Below, one piece after another: positions 24,906 through 37,650 of a stretch of 64,000 nucleotides of DNA. A program made the translations under genes and the position numbers. Each line of letters starts with the position of its first letter. The stretch's first letter is position 1. The stretch is taken from positions 2,232,001 to 2,296,000 of the forward strand of contig NC_073414.1 of NCBI RefSeq assembly GCF_028641065.1. Direction: 5' to 3'. The notes beneath the pieces were generated by a model, which saw only the letters and a list, made by a program, of their open reading frames with translations, did not search any database and was not told where the DNA came from. This stretch comes from Leucoraja erinacea. Its lineage: Eukaryota.

Positions 24906-25289
24906 TGTCAAGGCAGACGTGGAAATAGTTCTCCGAAGTGGTGCTTGTGACAGTCGGTGTAAACATCTGACTTAACCCATGATCAAAACCGCTAATGTCA
25001 GAGAAACGAACGGTTGAAGTCACCTTACGCCCGGGGGAACTGATCCACGAGTCTCTAGTTGTGAAGCTCTGCTCGTGACGTCCCCCGGGAGATGAAAGGA
25101 AGCGGCCCTGGTTTACACTGACGATAGACACAATATGCTGGAGTAACTCAGCGGGACAGGCAGCATCTGCTGGAGAGAAGGAATGGGTGTCCAAAGGGTC
25201 TTGACATTGAAACATCGCCCATTCCTTCTCTCCAGAGATGTTGCCTGTCCTGCTCAGTTACTCAGGCATTTTGTGTCTATTTTCAGGTT

Positions 25290-25645
25290 GTCATGTGTCC
25301 CTGATAGGACAATGAAATTCTTGCTTTGCTTCAGCACAACAGAACAGACAGCATGACTGCAGAACAGATCAGTGTGTCCATATACCATTATATAAATATA
25401 TACACACATGAATAAATAAACTGATAAAGTGCAAATAAACAGATAATGGGCTATTAATGTTAAGAGTTGTGTCCGAGCCAAGTTTAATAGCCTGATGGCT
25501 GTGGGGAAGTAGCTATTCCTGAACCTGGTCGTTGCAGTCATCAGGCTCCTGTACCTTCTACCTGAAGGTAGCGGGGAGATAAGTGTGTGGCCAGGATGGT
25601 GTGGGTCCTTGATGATGCTGCCAGCCTTTTTGAGGCAGCGACTGG
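25290..25645 (-). mobile_element. Rex1/Babar LINE 3' end
   Basis: SIIKDPHHPGH...TTRFRNSYFPTAIRLLN C-terminus. Confidence 0.75.
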
Positions 25646-25990
25646 TGGGCAGGCAGCATCTCTGGAGAAAAGGAAATGGGTGACGTTACGGGTCGAGGCC
25701 CTTCTTTCAGGCCAATTGGTGTGGTATAATTGTAACTTGTCACTAGTGTGCGTAGGATAGTGTTAATGTGCGGGGATCGCTGGTCGGTGCAAACTCAGTG
25801 GGCCAAAAGGCCTGTTTCCGCGCTGTATCTCCAGGTGATGTTTCGGGTCAAGATCCGCTGAGTTGCTCCAGCATTTTGTGTCTATCTTCAGTGTAAACCG
25901 GCATCTGCAGTTCCTTCCTCCACATCCCATCCATCCCATCACCCATTTCCCTGCTGTCCAGCTCTGCGACTTTGAGAGAACCCCGGTTAC

Positions 25991-26077
25991 CTTTTTCTCC
26001 AACAACCTCTGCTTCTCCACGGCTTCCTCAAGGCTCAGTCCAACCCACTCTGCCTCCTCTTCAGGAATCGCAAACTC
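25991..26077 (-). CDS. MRPL28: MRPL28 coding exon 4
   Basis: [29 protein letters not shown]; AG/GT, 87 nt. Confidence 0.95.
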
Positions 26078-26359
26078 CTGGAGTAAAATGGAGGCTCGCA
26101 TCAGTTTTAACAGCACAACACTGGGAGTGGAGGGGGGGGGGGGAAGGAAAGAGGGGGAGGTAATTTAATCCAAAGCGCTTGTGCAACCATTACAACTCTT
26201 GAAGCAATTGATGCATTTCTGTACTCAGTAAACTATAACACAGAAACATGCTCTTCGGCCCACGGAGTCTGCTCCAAACATTAAACACTCATCGGCACTA
26301 ATCCATTATAATTCTCCCCACATTCCCATCAACTCACTTCTGACTGTCACTCACACTGG

Positions 26360-26700
26360 AGTTTAGAAGGATGAGGGGATATCTTATAGAAACATATAAA
26401 ATTATAAAAGGACTGGACAAGCTAGATGTTCCCTATGTTGGGTGAGTCCAGAATCAGGGGCCACACAGTCTTAGAATAAAGGGGAGGTCATTTAAGACTG
26501 AGGTGAGAAAAAAACTTTTTCACCCAGAGAGTGGTGAATTTGTGGAATTCCCTGCCCACAGAGGGCACAGTGGAGGCCAAATCACTGGATGGATTTAAGA
26601 GAGAGTTAGATAGAGCTCTAGGGGCTAGTGGAGTCAAGGGATATGGGGAGAAGGCAGGCACGGGTTATTGATAGGGGACGATCAGCCATGATCACAATGA
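26360..26700 (+). mobile_element. CR1 3' fragment (similar pieces at 21130-21420, 27080-27425, 28610-29020)
   Basis: CR1 ORF2 C-terminus and 3' UTR. Confidence 0.85.
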
Positions 26701-26819
26701 AATACTCAACTCCTCTTGTCATGAAGGCAATTATGCGCCGTGGGAATATCCTGAAGAAAACTAACAATCTCACTTTCAGGCAGAGATTTTTTAAGAAAGT
26801 TTCAGGTTTCAGGCTGCAC

Positions 26820-26954
26820 CTTGTACTTGTCGTAGATGCGTTCTCGTTTCTCTAGGTCGTCGGGGTAGAGATCGGTGTCCTTGCGCGCCAGTCTCAGCAG
26901 CATCGCTCGCTTCAGGTCCATTCCCAGCTTTGAATTCAAGTCTACCTTCGGTGT
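26820..26954 (-). CDS. MRPL28: MRPL28 coding exon 3
   Basis: [26 protein letters not shown]...YDKYK; 135 nt. Confidence 0.95.
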
Positions 26955-27897
26955 CTGAGGAACAATTTGCAAGAAGTTAAATGCTGGCTCGGCTGAGATG
27001 TAACATTCCCCAAAATGTCCCAGAGCGTACAATTGCAGAATAACTCACTCAGCCGTCAGTGGGGGGGTGGGTGGGACTATACATTATATTGGATGTGGAG
27101 AGGATGTTTCCACTAGTGGGGGAGTCTAGGACTAGAGGTCACAGCTTCAGAATTAAAGGGCGTTCTTTTAGGATGGGGATGAGGAGGAATTTCTTTAGTC
27201 AGAGGGTGATGAATCTGTGGAATTCTTTGCCACAGAAGCCTGTGGAGGCCAAGTCAATGGATATTTTTAAGGCAGAGATAGATTCTTGATTAGTACGGGT
27301 GTCAGAGGTTATGGGGAGAAGGCAGGAGAATGGGATTAGTAGGGAGAGATACATCAGCCATGATTGAATGGCGGAGTAGACTTGATGGGCCGAATGGCCT
27401 AATCTACTACTATTCCTTATGACATTATATATATTAGTGTCGAATGTACATCTGTGCCAGGCAGACGTACATAATCTCGAGGCGCTATTGTGAAAATGAG
27501 CAGAAATCTCAAGAGTATCATAGTCATAGAGTGATACAGGCAAGAAACAGGCCCTTCGGCCCAACTTGCCCACACTGGTCAACGTGTTCCAGCTACACTA
27601 GTCCCATCTACCTGCGTTTGCCCCATATCCCTCAAAACCCTTCCTACCCATGTACCTGTCTAACTGTTTCTTAAACGTTGGGATAGTCGCAGCCTCAACT
27701 ACCTCCTCTGGCAGCTTGTTCCATACATCCTCAACTACCTCCTCTGGCAGCTTGTTCCATACACCCATCATCCTTTGTTTGAAAAATTGTGTGGAACAAT
27801 GAAATCCTTATTTAATCCAGAATTAGGATCACATTTATGAACAATGAGAACAGAAAATGTTGGAAACGCTCAGATCAGGCAGAATTTGTGGACCGAA

Positions 27898-28200
27898 AGG
27901 GCGGCACGGTGTCGCAGCGGTAGAGTTGCTGCCTTACAGCGCTTGTGGCACTGGAGACCCGGGTTCGATCAAACTACGGAGGGAGTTTGTACATTCTCCC
28001 TGAGACCGCGTGGGTTTTTTCCAGAGATATTTTCAGTTTCCTCCCACACTCCAAAGACCAGCAGTTATGTGGGTAAATTGGCTTGGTAAATCTAAAAACT
28101 GTCCCTAATGTGTGTAGGATTGCGTTGATGTGATTGCAGGGATCACGGGTCAGCATGGACCCGGTGGGCCGAATGGCCTGTTTCCGCGCTGTTTCTCTAT
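27898..28200 (+). mobile_element. V-SINE (HE1-like)
   Basis: GGGCGGCACGGTGTCGCAGCGGTAGAG head and V-domain. Confidence 0.85.
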
Positions 28201-28361
28201 ACTAGACACAAAATCTGTAGTAACTCAGCGGGACAGACAGCCTCTCTGGATAGAAGGAATGGGTGATGGGCCGAAGGGACTGTTTCCTTCCTGTATCTCT
28301 AAATAAAAAGAAAAAGAGAAATAACACTTTAACAGCTCAAAGGACTGTGACGTAGCCCGAC

Positions 28362-28514
28362 CTTGAGGATGTAAAAGTCGAAGCCATAGCAAGTGTCCAC
28401 CAGATCCAAGGTCCGCATAGTGACTGGGATGGTGAAGGTGGTGTCCAGGATCTCACTGTAGAGTTGCCGCACAAAGATCTGTGGCTTCCATGTTTTCCTT
28501 ATCCGGCTGGAGAG
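28362..28514 (-). CDS. MRPL28: MRPL28 coding exon 2
   Basis: [24 protein letters not shown]...GFDFYILK; 153 nt. Confidence 0.95.
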
Positions 28515-29898
28515 CTGCAGAGGGGACGAGCAGGCAGTGAGTGAGCAAAACCGCACGGCAACGGGCTTCGCCCGGGAGACCGACCGGGCTTGTGCACACA
28601 TTTTCTGCTGACTGGAAGGATGAGGGGTTTTCTTATAGAAACATATAAAATTATAAAAGGACTGGATAAGCTAGATGCAGGAAAAATGTTCCCAATGTTG
28701 GGCGAGTCCAGAACCAGGGGCCACACACAGTCTTAGAATAAAGGGGAGGTAATTTAAGACTGAGGTGAGAAAAAACATTTTCACCCAGAGAGTTGTGAAT
28801 TTATGGAATTCCCTGCCACAGAGGGCAGTGGGGGCCAAGTCACTGGATGGATTTAAGAGAAAGTTAGGTAGAGCTCTAGGGGCTAGTGGAGTCCAGGGAT
28901 ATGGGGAGAAGGCAGACACGGGTTATTGATAGGGGACGATCAGCCATTATCACAATGAATGGCGGTGCTGGCTCGAAGGGCCGAATGGCCTCCTCCTGCA
29001 CCTATTTTCTATGTTTCTGTTTCTATGACTGGTTAGCACGCAGCAAATGCTTTTACACTGTATCCCAGTACACGTGGCAATAATAAACTGAGGTTTTTAC
29101 CTCCCTAACTACTGACCAACCGGGTGTTTGTGGACACAAAAGGCTGGAGTAAGTCAGTGTGTCGGGCAGCATCACTGAAAAATACGTTGGGTGACGTTTC
29201 AGGTCGGAAACACTCACTGGACCAGCCTTTCACTCTTTAACCAGAGGGTGGAGAATCTGTGGGATTCACTGACACAGGCGACTGTGGGGGCCAAGTCAAT
29301 GGATATTTTTAAGGTAGATATTAATAGATTCTTGATTCGTACGGGTGTCTGGGGAGAAGGCTGGAGAACGGGCTAGGAGGGAGAGATGGATCAGCCATGA
29401 TTGAATGGCGGAGTAGACTTGACGGGCCAAATGGCCCAATTCTGCACCTTTCACTTATGACCTTATGACCCAAAACATCACCTAATCTTTTTCTCCACAG
29501 ATGCTTCCTGTCCCGCTGAGTTACTCCAGCATTTTGCGTCCATCTTCAAGAACCAGTCTCACCACAGTCGCTCCCTCTTCCCTCCTCTCCCATCAGGCAA
29601 GAAGTTAGAAAACACACACCTCCAAATTCAAGGGCAGTTTCTTCCCAGCTGTTACCAGGCAGAGAGTGGTCCTGACCTCCCATCTACCTCATGGAGGCCT
29701 TCAAATTATCTTTAATTGGACTTTATCTTGCACTAAACGTTACTCCCTTTATCCTGCATCTGTGCACTGTGGACGGTGTGAGTCTAAACATGTAGAGTAT
29801 TTTTGTCGGCTGGATAGCATGCAATAAAAATGTTTTTCACTGTACCTCGGTACACGTGACAGTAATGAACCATGCAAAGTAATATTAGAATCTCTTAA

Positions 29899-30092
29899 GG
29901 TAGAGAAAAATGCTGGATAAATTCAGCGGGTGAGGCAGCATCCATGGAGCGAAGGAATAGGTGACGTTTCGCGTCTCGACCCGAAACGTCACCTATTTCT
30001 TCGCTCCATAGATGCTGCCTCACCCGCTGAGTTTCTCCAGCATTTTTGTCTGCCTTCGTTTTTTCCAGCATCTGCAGTTCCTTCTTAAACAC
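29899..30092. mobile_element. Foldback Penelope-derived mini-element with 14-bp TSD
   Basis: Inverted arms; TTAGAATCTCTTAA at 29885 and 30093. Confidence 0.75.
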
Positions 30093-30134
30093 TTAGAATC
30101 TCTTAAAGCTTTTTGGTATAAATTGAATCCATAC

Positions 30135-30422
30135 CTTGTCATTGTTGGCGTATCTGTACCCACTGACATAGCCCTCTCCACCCCACAACCCACGCTGCGA
30201 TTCAGGGGGGAAGTAGAGGGGGATTGGGATGTCTTCGACACGCTCCGGCTGTCCCGTATGTGGGTTCCGCTTGTATTTAACCCCGTGTGGTTTAAAGTGA
30301 ACTGGCGTGGCCTCCTGACTCTCGTTGAGGCAGCGGAGATAATGAGCAGGCAGCCGTGACTGGATGCCCTGCTTTAGCCGCAGAGCTGCCCAGATCTTGG
30401 GTGGATACTTGTGCAGAGGCAT
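30135..30422 (-). CDS. MRPL28: MRPL28 first coding exon
   Basis: [11 protein letters not shown]...[12 protein letters not shown]...YANNDK; 288 nt; acceptor 12 nt before the ATG. Confidence 0.96.
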
Positions 30423-31044
30423 CTCTCAGCCGACCTGGATCAGAAACAGAAAGGAGTCACTGTAGGGAATCGCAGGAACACAGTGCCAATTACCTGGTAG
30501 CAATCCCGTCTTGAGTCAAAACGCAGTGAGCTCGAAGGCCCATGGGCACTTCATAACTATGTGTGAGAAGGAACGGCAGATGCTGGTTTACACCGTAGAT
30601 AAAATCAAAATGCTGGAATAACTCAGCAGTTGCAGCAGCATCTCGGCAGAAAAGGAATAGGTGACGTTTCGAGTCCACTTCAGACTGAAGAAGGGTTTGA
30701 CCCGAAACATCAGCTATTCCTTCTCTCCAGAGATGCTGCCCGACCATTGAGTTACTCCAGCATTTTGTGTCTGCCTTCGGCTCTTTATAACTAGTTACAT
30801 TTACAACCATGCTTAATAAGACATTCCAAGTCAAAAAAATGATTCCAAACAGCTTGTGCCAATCTGTAGCTGCATTGAACAAGTGCTGGAGTAACTAGGC
30901 AGGTCACGCGTTTCGGGTCGAGTCCATCTTCTCCAGAGATGCTGCCTGACCTGCCGAGTTACTCCAGCACTTGGTGTCCTTCTGGGTATTAACCAGCATC
31001 TGCAGTTACCACAATCAAAGATTAAATAGATCAGCAATACTCTA

Positions 31045-31247
31045 AGGTACACAAAAGTGCTGGAGAAACTCAGCGGGTGCAGCAGCATCTATGGAGCGAA
31101 GGAAATAGGCAACGTTTCGGGCCGAAACCCAAGGGTTTTGGCCTGAAACGATGCCTATTTCCTTCGCTCCATAGATGCTGCTGCACCCGCTGAGTTTCTC
31201 CAGCATTTTTGTCTACCTTCGATTTTCCAGCATCTGCAATTCCTTCT
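31045..31247. mobile_element. Foldback Penelope-derived mini-element with 14-bp TSD
   Basis: TCAGCAATACTCTA at 31031 and 31248. Confidence 0.75.
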
Positions 31248-31284
31248 TCAGCAATACTCTATTTGATCTCCACAAACTCATGGG

Positions 31285-32195
31285 TCCTCCTGTTCTTCCC
31301 TCGTTCCCTCCCTCTCCCCCTTCCTATCTATCCCTTCTTCTCTCTCCCTCTCTCACTCCTTCCCTTTCTCCCCCTCCCCTTCCTCACTCTACATATCCCT
31401 CTCCATAAATATTGCTCCCCTATATATCCACCCCTCCCTCTATTCCCCTCTCTCCCTCCCTCCAGCACCCCCTCACTTTCTCTCCATCCCTCTGCCCTCC
31501 CTCCCCTATTCCTTTCTCTATCTATCTCTCCTTCACCCCCTGTCTATCTATCCCTCTCCTATCCCTCTCTCCCTCCCTGTCCATCTCCCCCTCCCTCCAG
31601 TCCCCTCTCACTTTCTCTCCATCCCTGCCCTCCCTCCCCTATTCCTTTTCTCTATCTACCTGTCCTTCACTCCCTCTCCCCCTGCCTATCTATCCTTCCC
31701 CCATCCCCCTCTCTCCTTCCTTCCTTCCCTCTCTCCAGCTCTCTTTCTCTCCATCCCTCCCCTGTTCCTTTCTCTCCCTCTCTCCCCTCCTTCCTTCCTT
31801 CCCTCTCTCCAGCTCCTCTTTCTCTCCATCCCCCCTGTTCCTCTCTCTCTCCCCCCTCCCTCCTTCCTTCCCTCTCCTCCTTCCTTCCTTCCCTCTCTCC
31901 AGCTCTTTCTCTCCATCCCTCCCTGTTTCTTTCTCTCCCTCCCTCCTTCCTTCCTTCCCTCTCTCCAGCATCTTTCTCTCCACCCCCTCTGTTCCTTTCT
32001 CTCTCTCTCTCCCTCCTTCTCTCCTTCCTTCCTTCCCTCTCAATGAAATCCCTCCAGTTCTCTACCTTTCTCACTTTTTCTTTCTCCTTCCTTCCCTCTG
32101 TCTCTATCTATCCCTCTCTCTCCATCTAACCCTCCCTCTCTCTCTATCCCTTTCCCCCTCTATATCCCTCCTTTCCCCTCCATGTCTTCTCCGCC
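31285..32195. repeat. Polypyrimidine/polypurine tract in the putative MRPL28 intron 1
   Basis: About 900 bp of mostly C/T. Confidence 0.9.
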
Positions 32196-32211
32196 TGTCC
32201 CCGGGCCGCAC

Positions 32212-32370
32212 CTTACGCCAGCCCCAGGCTTCTCCCCGCCCGCTAGGCCGCGCCTGTGGTCCCGCCTCTTTCCCGTGGCCGAGGGAGCGTCTCACAATCG
32301 CCCCCCTTCCCGGCATCAACTCAAGGGAACGTCGCCAACCATCGGCTGCGCGAAACGCAAAAAATACCCA
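32212..32370 (-). promoter_or_regulatory. MRPL28: Probable MRPL28 non-coding exon 1 and promoter
   Basis: CpG-rich patch with minus-strand donors GTAAG/GTGCGG near 32210-32216; exon 30135-30434 starts with an acceptor, so an upstream exon is required. Confidence 0.5.
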
Positions 32371-34153
32371 AACCTATATCAACAATCAAGAGAGTCCAGA
32401 ATGGTTTATTGTCATGTGTCCCAGGGGGGGATGGAAGATTGCAACCTTCAAGTCCTCTGAGTGAGGGCTACATGTATATATGTATGTAGTCTGTTTTGTT
32501 GTGCAATTCTTATAACAAATGTAAGGCAGTTTGGCCGAGAGTTGTTTTTTAAGTCAAGTCAAGTTTATTTGTCACATACACATACGAGATGTGCCTTGAC
32601 TTGACTTCACGTGGTTCGCCCTGTTTCGACGAATGCAATCAATCTGGTGTGCACAATTAAATAAGATCAAATAGAACACGTTGTCCTACAAATTTAGGCT
32701 GTGCACGCCATACGTAAGAAGAAGGGTTTCAGCCTGAAACGTTGCTTATTTCCTTCGCTCCATAGATGCTGCCTCACCCAGCTGAGTTTCTCCAGCATTT
32801 TTGTCTACCTTCGATATTCCAGCGTCTGCAGTTCCTTCTTAAACATACGTAAGAAGATGTGTCCCAGATAGAACAATGAAATTCTTATTTGCTGCAGCAC
32901 AACAGAACATGTAAACATAGTACACTGTACACACTGTAAACAATATGATAAGTGAGAGAAAAAAAAGTTCAGTGTGTATATATATACACACATACTCACA
33001 AATACACACATATAAATATATATAGACACAAAATGCTGGACAGGCAGCATCTCTGGAGAGAAGGAATGGGTGACGGTTTGGGTCGAGTCCCTTCATCAGA
33101 CCTTCTAAAGAAGGGTCTCGAACCGAAACGGCACCCATTAAACCAGCATCTGTAGTTCCAGTGATTGTGTAGTTCCTACACAATCACATGCATAAAAATG
33201 CAATGTCGGCAATGTGGTAGGTTGGAAGATTGGAATTACACTCCCCAAGTTTATGGGAGATGATACAGTGAAGAAAAAGGTGTACAAAGGAACTGCAGAT
33301 GCTGGCTTACACTGAACATAGACACAAAATGCTGGAGTAACTCAGCCCTTTGGCCCACCGAGTCCATGCCGACCATCGATCACCTGAGCACAATTGTTCT
33401 ACGTTATCCCACTTTCTCATACACACGAGGAACAATTGACCTACAAACCCCCACGTCTTTGGAATGTGGGAGGAAACCGGAGTACCCGGAGAAAACCCAC
33501 TCGATCACAGGGAGAGTGCAAACTCCGTGTAGACAGTACCCTTAGTCAGGATCAAATTCGTGTCTCACGCTGTGAGGCAGCTACTCTGTCGCTGCACCAC
33601 TGTGGTAAATACTTATTTCTCTTTTCGCATTCAAAAACATTAATGAATTTGTGTCCCCTCGTTTTATTGTCTCTGTAATAAGTTCACTAACTCCACTTTT
33701 GCCAATCCACTCCCATACACAAAACTCCTCAGCCAGGCTACCTCTGGTGAAAATCAGCCTCACTGCTGAGACCTGGTTGAAGGATGCAGTTCAAGTGGAC
33801 TTAGTGAGCCATCTAGTGTCAGTACGTAATAATGCTAGTTAATGTCAAAAGCATAGGTAGACAAAAGTGCTGGAGAAACTCAGCGGGTGAGGCAGCATCT
33901 GTGGAGCGAAGGAAATGGGCAACGTTTCGGGCCGAAACCCTTCTTCAGACTGTGCATTCCAGGGTTGGCAGTAGTTAATTTTTTTTTTTTTTTAATCACA
34001 TTTTGTTAGAACATAAAATACTACAGCACAGGAACAGGCCATTCGGCCCATCACACCTGTGCCAGCCATGATGCCAATCCAACCCACATGTTCCCTTTCT
34101 TCCCTACCTGTATATGTGTCTCTCTAAACACCTTGGTACAGGTTGGGGTAGAC

Positions 34154-34582
34154 TGACGCCGGGCGCACAGGGTGACGCCATCACGCCGGGCGGAGAGGGC
34201 GCCGGGCGGACAGGGTGACGCAATTACGCCGGGCGGAGAGGGCGCCGGGCAGTCATGGGCACGCCATCACGCCGGGCGGAGAGGGCGCCGGGCGGACAGG
34301 GTGACGCCATCACGCCGGGCGGAGAGGGCGCCGGGCGGACAGGGTGACGCCATCACGCCGGGCGGAGAGGGCGCCGGGCGGACAGGGTGACGCCATTACG
34401 CCGGGCGGAGAGGGCGCCGGGCGGACAGGGTGACGCCATCACGCCGGGCGGAGAGGGCGCCGGGCGGACAGGGTGACGCCATCACGCCGGGCGGAGAGGG
34501 CGCCGGGCGGACAGGGTGACGCAATTACGCCGGGCGGAGAGGGCGCAGGGCAGTCAGGGTGACGCCATCACGCCGGGCGGAG
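34154..34582 (+). repeat. 43-bp GC-rich VNTR, ~10 copies, immediately upstream of OPA3
   Basis: CAGGGTGACGCCATCACGCCGGGCGGAGAGGGCGCCGGGCGGA, starting at 34168, 34211 and so on. Confidence 0.95.
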
Positions 34583-34607
34583 GCCGAAGCGGCGCCGGGC
34601 CGTCAAC

Positions 34608-34749
34608 ATGGTGGTCGGCGCTTTCCCCATCGCCAAGCTGCTGATGCTGGGAGTGAAGCAGGTCAGCCGCCCGCTCGCCAACACCCTCAAGGCCAACGCC
34701 CGGAGGAGCCCCTTCTTCAGGGCCTACATCTGCCAGCCGCCGGCGCAGA
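34608..34749 (+). CDS. OPA3: Optic atrophy 3 protein, exon 1
   Basis: [47 protein letters not shown]; 142 nt, GTGAGT donor. Confidence 0.96.
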
Positions 34750-35514
34750 GTGAGTGAGTTCCCGCGGCCCCGGCCGGCAGGTGCAACCTAACCTGCTGCG
34801 CCGCCTGACCGACGGCCGCCGCGGCCAATGGCATCGGAGGGGCGGGAGCCTGGCGCCCAATGAGGAGCGGGCTGGGGGAGGGGGCGGGATCTTGAGGCGA
34901 TGTTTGGTTGAGGGGAAGAAAGTCACATTGAGGATGGAGAGGGGGGTGGGAGAGGGATGGAGAGAATGAAGGGGAGGGGAGGGGGGGTGGAGAATGAGTC
35001 GGTGGGATGGGATATTGGGAGGGTGGAAAGACGTGAATGTGGGGTGGGGGGAATGACAGTGGGGAGAAGTGAGAGAAATGGGGTGAGGAGGGGAATGGCA
35101 GGGAGGGGGGAATGAGGTGGGGAAGTGTGGCATAAGGGCATGGTGTGGGGGATTTACCTAGCGTGGATATGAACAGCAGTTTGCTCTCCACTAAGGACCA
35201 TCAGTAAACCAGACACGTTTTAACCACCGTCCCTGCGATTCAGTACTGTGCTGCTGACCGTGACTTCTTTAATTGCAGAATTTAAGATTGAGAGGGGATC
35301 TTTTAATTACTCACTAAAATTCTAACAGGGTTGGAAACTGCTGTCTGCTGAATCATTGTTCCAGAATTCTCGGGACTTCCAGGACACCTATTCCTAGCTT
35401 TTCATAGGGGGAACATTGATTAATTCTCCGCTCAGCCTTGAGTGTTGAAAGAAAATAAACTCAGTCTGTTCAAACATGCATGACACTAAACCAGCATCTG
35501 CAGTTCATTGTGTT

Positions 35515-35734
35515 TAAGAGGGAACTGCAGATGCTGGAAGATCGAAGGTACACAAAATTGCTGGAGAAACTCAGCGGGTGCAGCAGCATCTATGGAGCGA
35601 AGGAAATGGGCGACGTTTCAGGCCGAAACCCTTCTTCAGACTGAAGAAGGGTTTCGGCCCGAAACGTCGCCTATTTCCTTCGCTCCATAGATGCTGCTGC
35701 ACCCGCTGAGTTTCTCCAGCAATTTTGTGTACCT
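35515..35734. mobile_element. Foldback Penelope-derived mini-element with 18-bp TSD and back-to-back hammerhead cores
   Basis: Palindrome centred on 35640; TCTGCAGTTCATTGTGTT at 35497 and 35735. Confidence 0.8.
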
Positions 35735-36166
35735 TCTGCAGTTCATTGTGTTCTTCCTCTTGTTCCATATACCCACCCACCCTCCATTCTAAGTGGGAAA
35801 AGTTGCCCCTCAGGTTTTTATTACATTTTGCCCCTCTCACCTTAAATCTATGCCCTCTAGTTTTAGTTTTAGAGGTATAGCATGGAGACAGGCCCTTCGG
35901 CCCATGCAACTGGTGATCCCCGCACAACTAACCTCTATCCTTCACACACTAGGGACAAAGTAGAATAATACCAAGCCAATTAACCTGCAAATCTGTATGT
36001 CTTTGAAATGGGGAGGAAACTGGAGCAACCAGAGAAAACCCACACAGGGAGAGCGTACAAACTGTACAGACAAGCACCCAGTCAGGATTGAACCTGGGTC
36101 TCTGGCGCTGTAAGACAGCAACTGTGCTGCTGCATCACCAGTTCTTGATTCGCATAGCCTGGGTAA

Positions 36167-36612
36167 AACATAGAAACATAGAAAATAGGTGCAGGAGTAG
36201 GCCATTCGGCCCTTCAAGCCTGCACCGCCATTAAATATGATCATGGCTGATCATCCAACTCAGTATCCCGTACCTGCCTTCTCTCCATACCCCCTGATCC
36301 CTTTAGCCACAAGGGCCACATCTAACTCCCTCTTAAATATAGCCAATGATCTGGCCTCAACTACCTTCTGCGGCAGAGAATTCCAGAGATTCACCACTCT
36401 CTGTGTGAAAAAAGTTTTCCTCATCTCGGTACCTAAAAGATTTCCCCTTTATCCTTAAACTGTGACCCCTTGTTCTGGACTTCCCCAACATAGGGAACAA
36501 TCTTCCTGCATCTAGCCTGTCCAGCCCCTTAAGAATTTTGTACGTTTCTATAAGATCCCCCCTCAACCTTCTAAATTCTAGCGAGTACAAACCGAGTCTA
36601 TCCAGTCTTTCA
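36167..36612 (-). mobile_element. CR1 3' fragment
   Basis: YSLEFRRLRGDLIETYKIL and 3' tail. Confidence 0.88.
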
Positions 36613-37300
36613 GGATTGAACCTGGGTCTCTGGCGCTGTAAGGCAGCAACTCTGCTGCTGCATCACCAGTTCTTGATTCGCATAGCCTATGGCAAGACTG
36701 CATTTACCCTATGTTTTTCCCTCATGATCTCTATAAGATCATCCCTCAGCCTCCTGCGCTTCAAGGAATAAAGTCCTAACCTGTTCCAACCTCTCCCTAT
36801 ACTCAGCCCCTGGCAACATCCTCGTACATCTTCTCTGCACTATTTCCAGCTGAATAAATGTGACATACGTCACACATGACAAGTCACAGTGTGTTTTGCA
36901 TAGGAAGGAACTGCAGATGCTGGTTTACACCGAAGATGGACACAAAATGCTGGAATAACTCAGCGAGGCAGGCAGCATCTCTGGATGGAAGGAATGAAGG
37001 TGGGTCTCGACCCGGGACATCACCCATTCCTTCTTTCCAGGGATCCTGCCTGTCCCGCTGAGTTACTCCAGCATTTTGTGTTTATCTTCTACGTTTTGCT
37101 TACCTAAGATCTGCACTCTGTCATTGAGGGAGCGAAGGTATGTGAAGAGACGCCATATAAAGGGTGCCGAGCTACAAGTATCCTATTTTAATATAAAATC
37201 ATTTTTAACACGTTCCTTTTGTGGTCCCTCTTCATTGTCGCCGGTTCCCCGATGACAGAGTGCAGACCCCATGCCTCACGCTGTGGTTCTTCTGTTGTAG

Positions 37301-37650
37301 TCTACCACTGGTTCGAGATGAAGATGAAGATGAGGATGATGGGGTTCAAAGGTGCTCAGGTGCAGCCCTTGAACGAGGACGTGGCGGCAGACCTGGGCTC
37401 CGAACTGCTGGGGGAGGCCATCGTCTTTCTGGTGGGAGGCGCTTGCATCCTGGCCGAATACCTACGGCAGTCATCGAACACGGCCAAGAAAGAGGAGGAA
37501 CTGCGCAGCACGCTGGACAGCCTGCAGGAGCAGGTGGCTCACCTCTCATTGACTGTGGAGGAACTGGACGCGCGTCTTCGAGAAAACAACCGGCTCGTTC
37601 TGTCGCTGCCTGCTCAGGCCACAAAAGAAACTCTGGACCCATCGAAGTGA
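37301..37650 (+). CDS. OPA3: OPA3 exon 2
   Basis: [16 protein letters not shown]...[21 protein letters not shown]...AEYLRQ, then coiled coil; phase 1 matches exon 1. Confidence 0.96.

Noticed and set aside
27898-27975. tRNA genes at SINE heads
   Set aside because: A/B boxes continue into SINE bodies with no complete cloverleaf.
31209-32464. Leu/Ser/Pro- and Glu/Arg/Gly-rich ORFs, also at 58130-59303
   Set aside because: Products of CT/GA tracts.
34154-34582. CRISPR-like array
   Set aside because: Contiguous units with no unique spacers, in a eukaryotic gene context.
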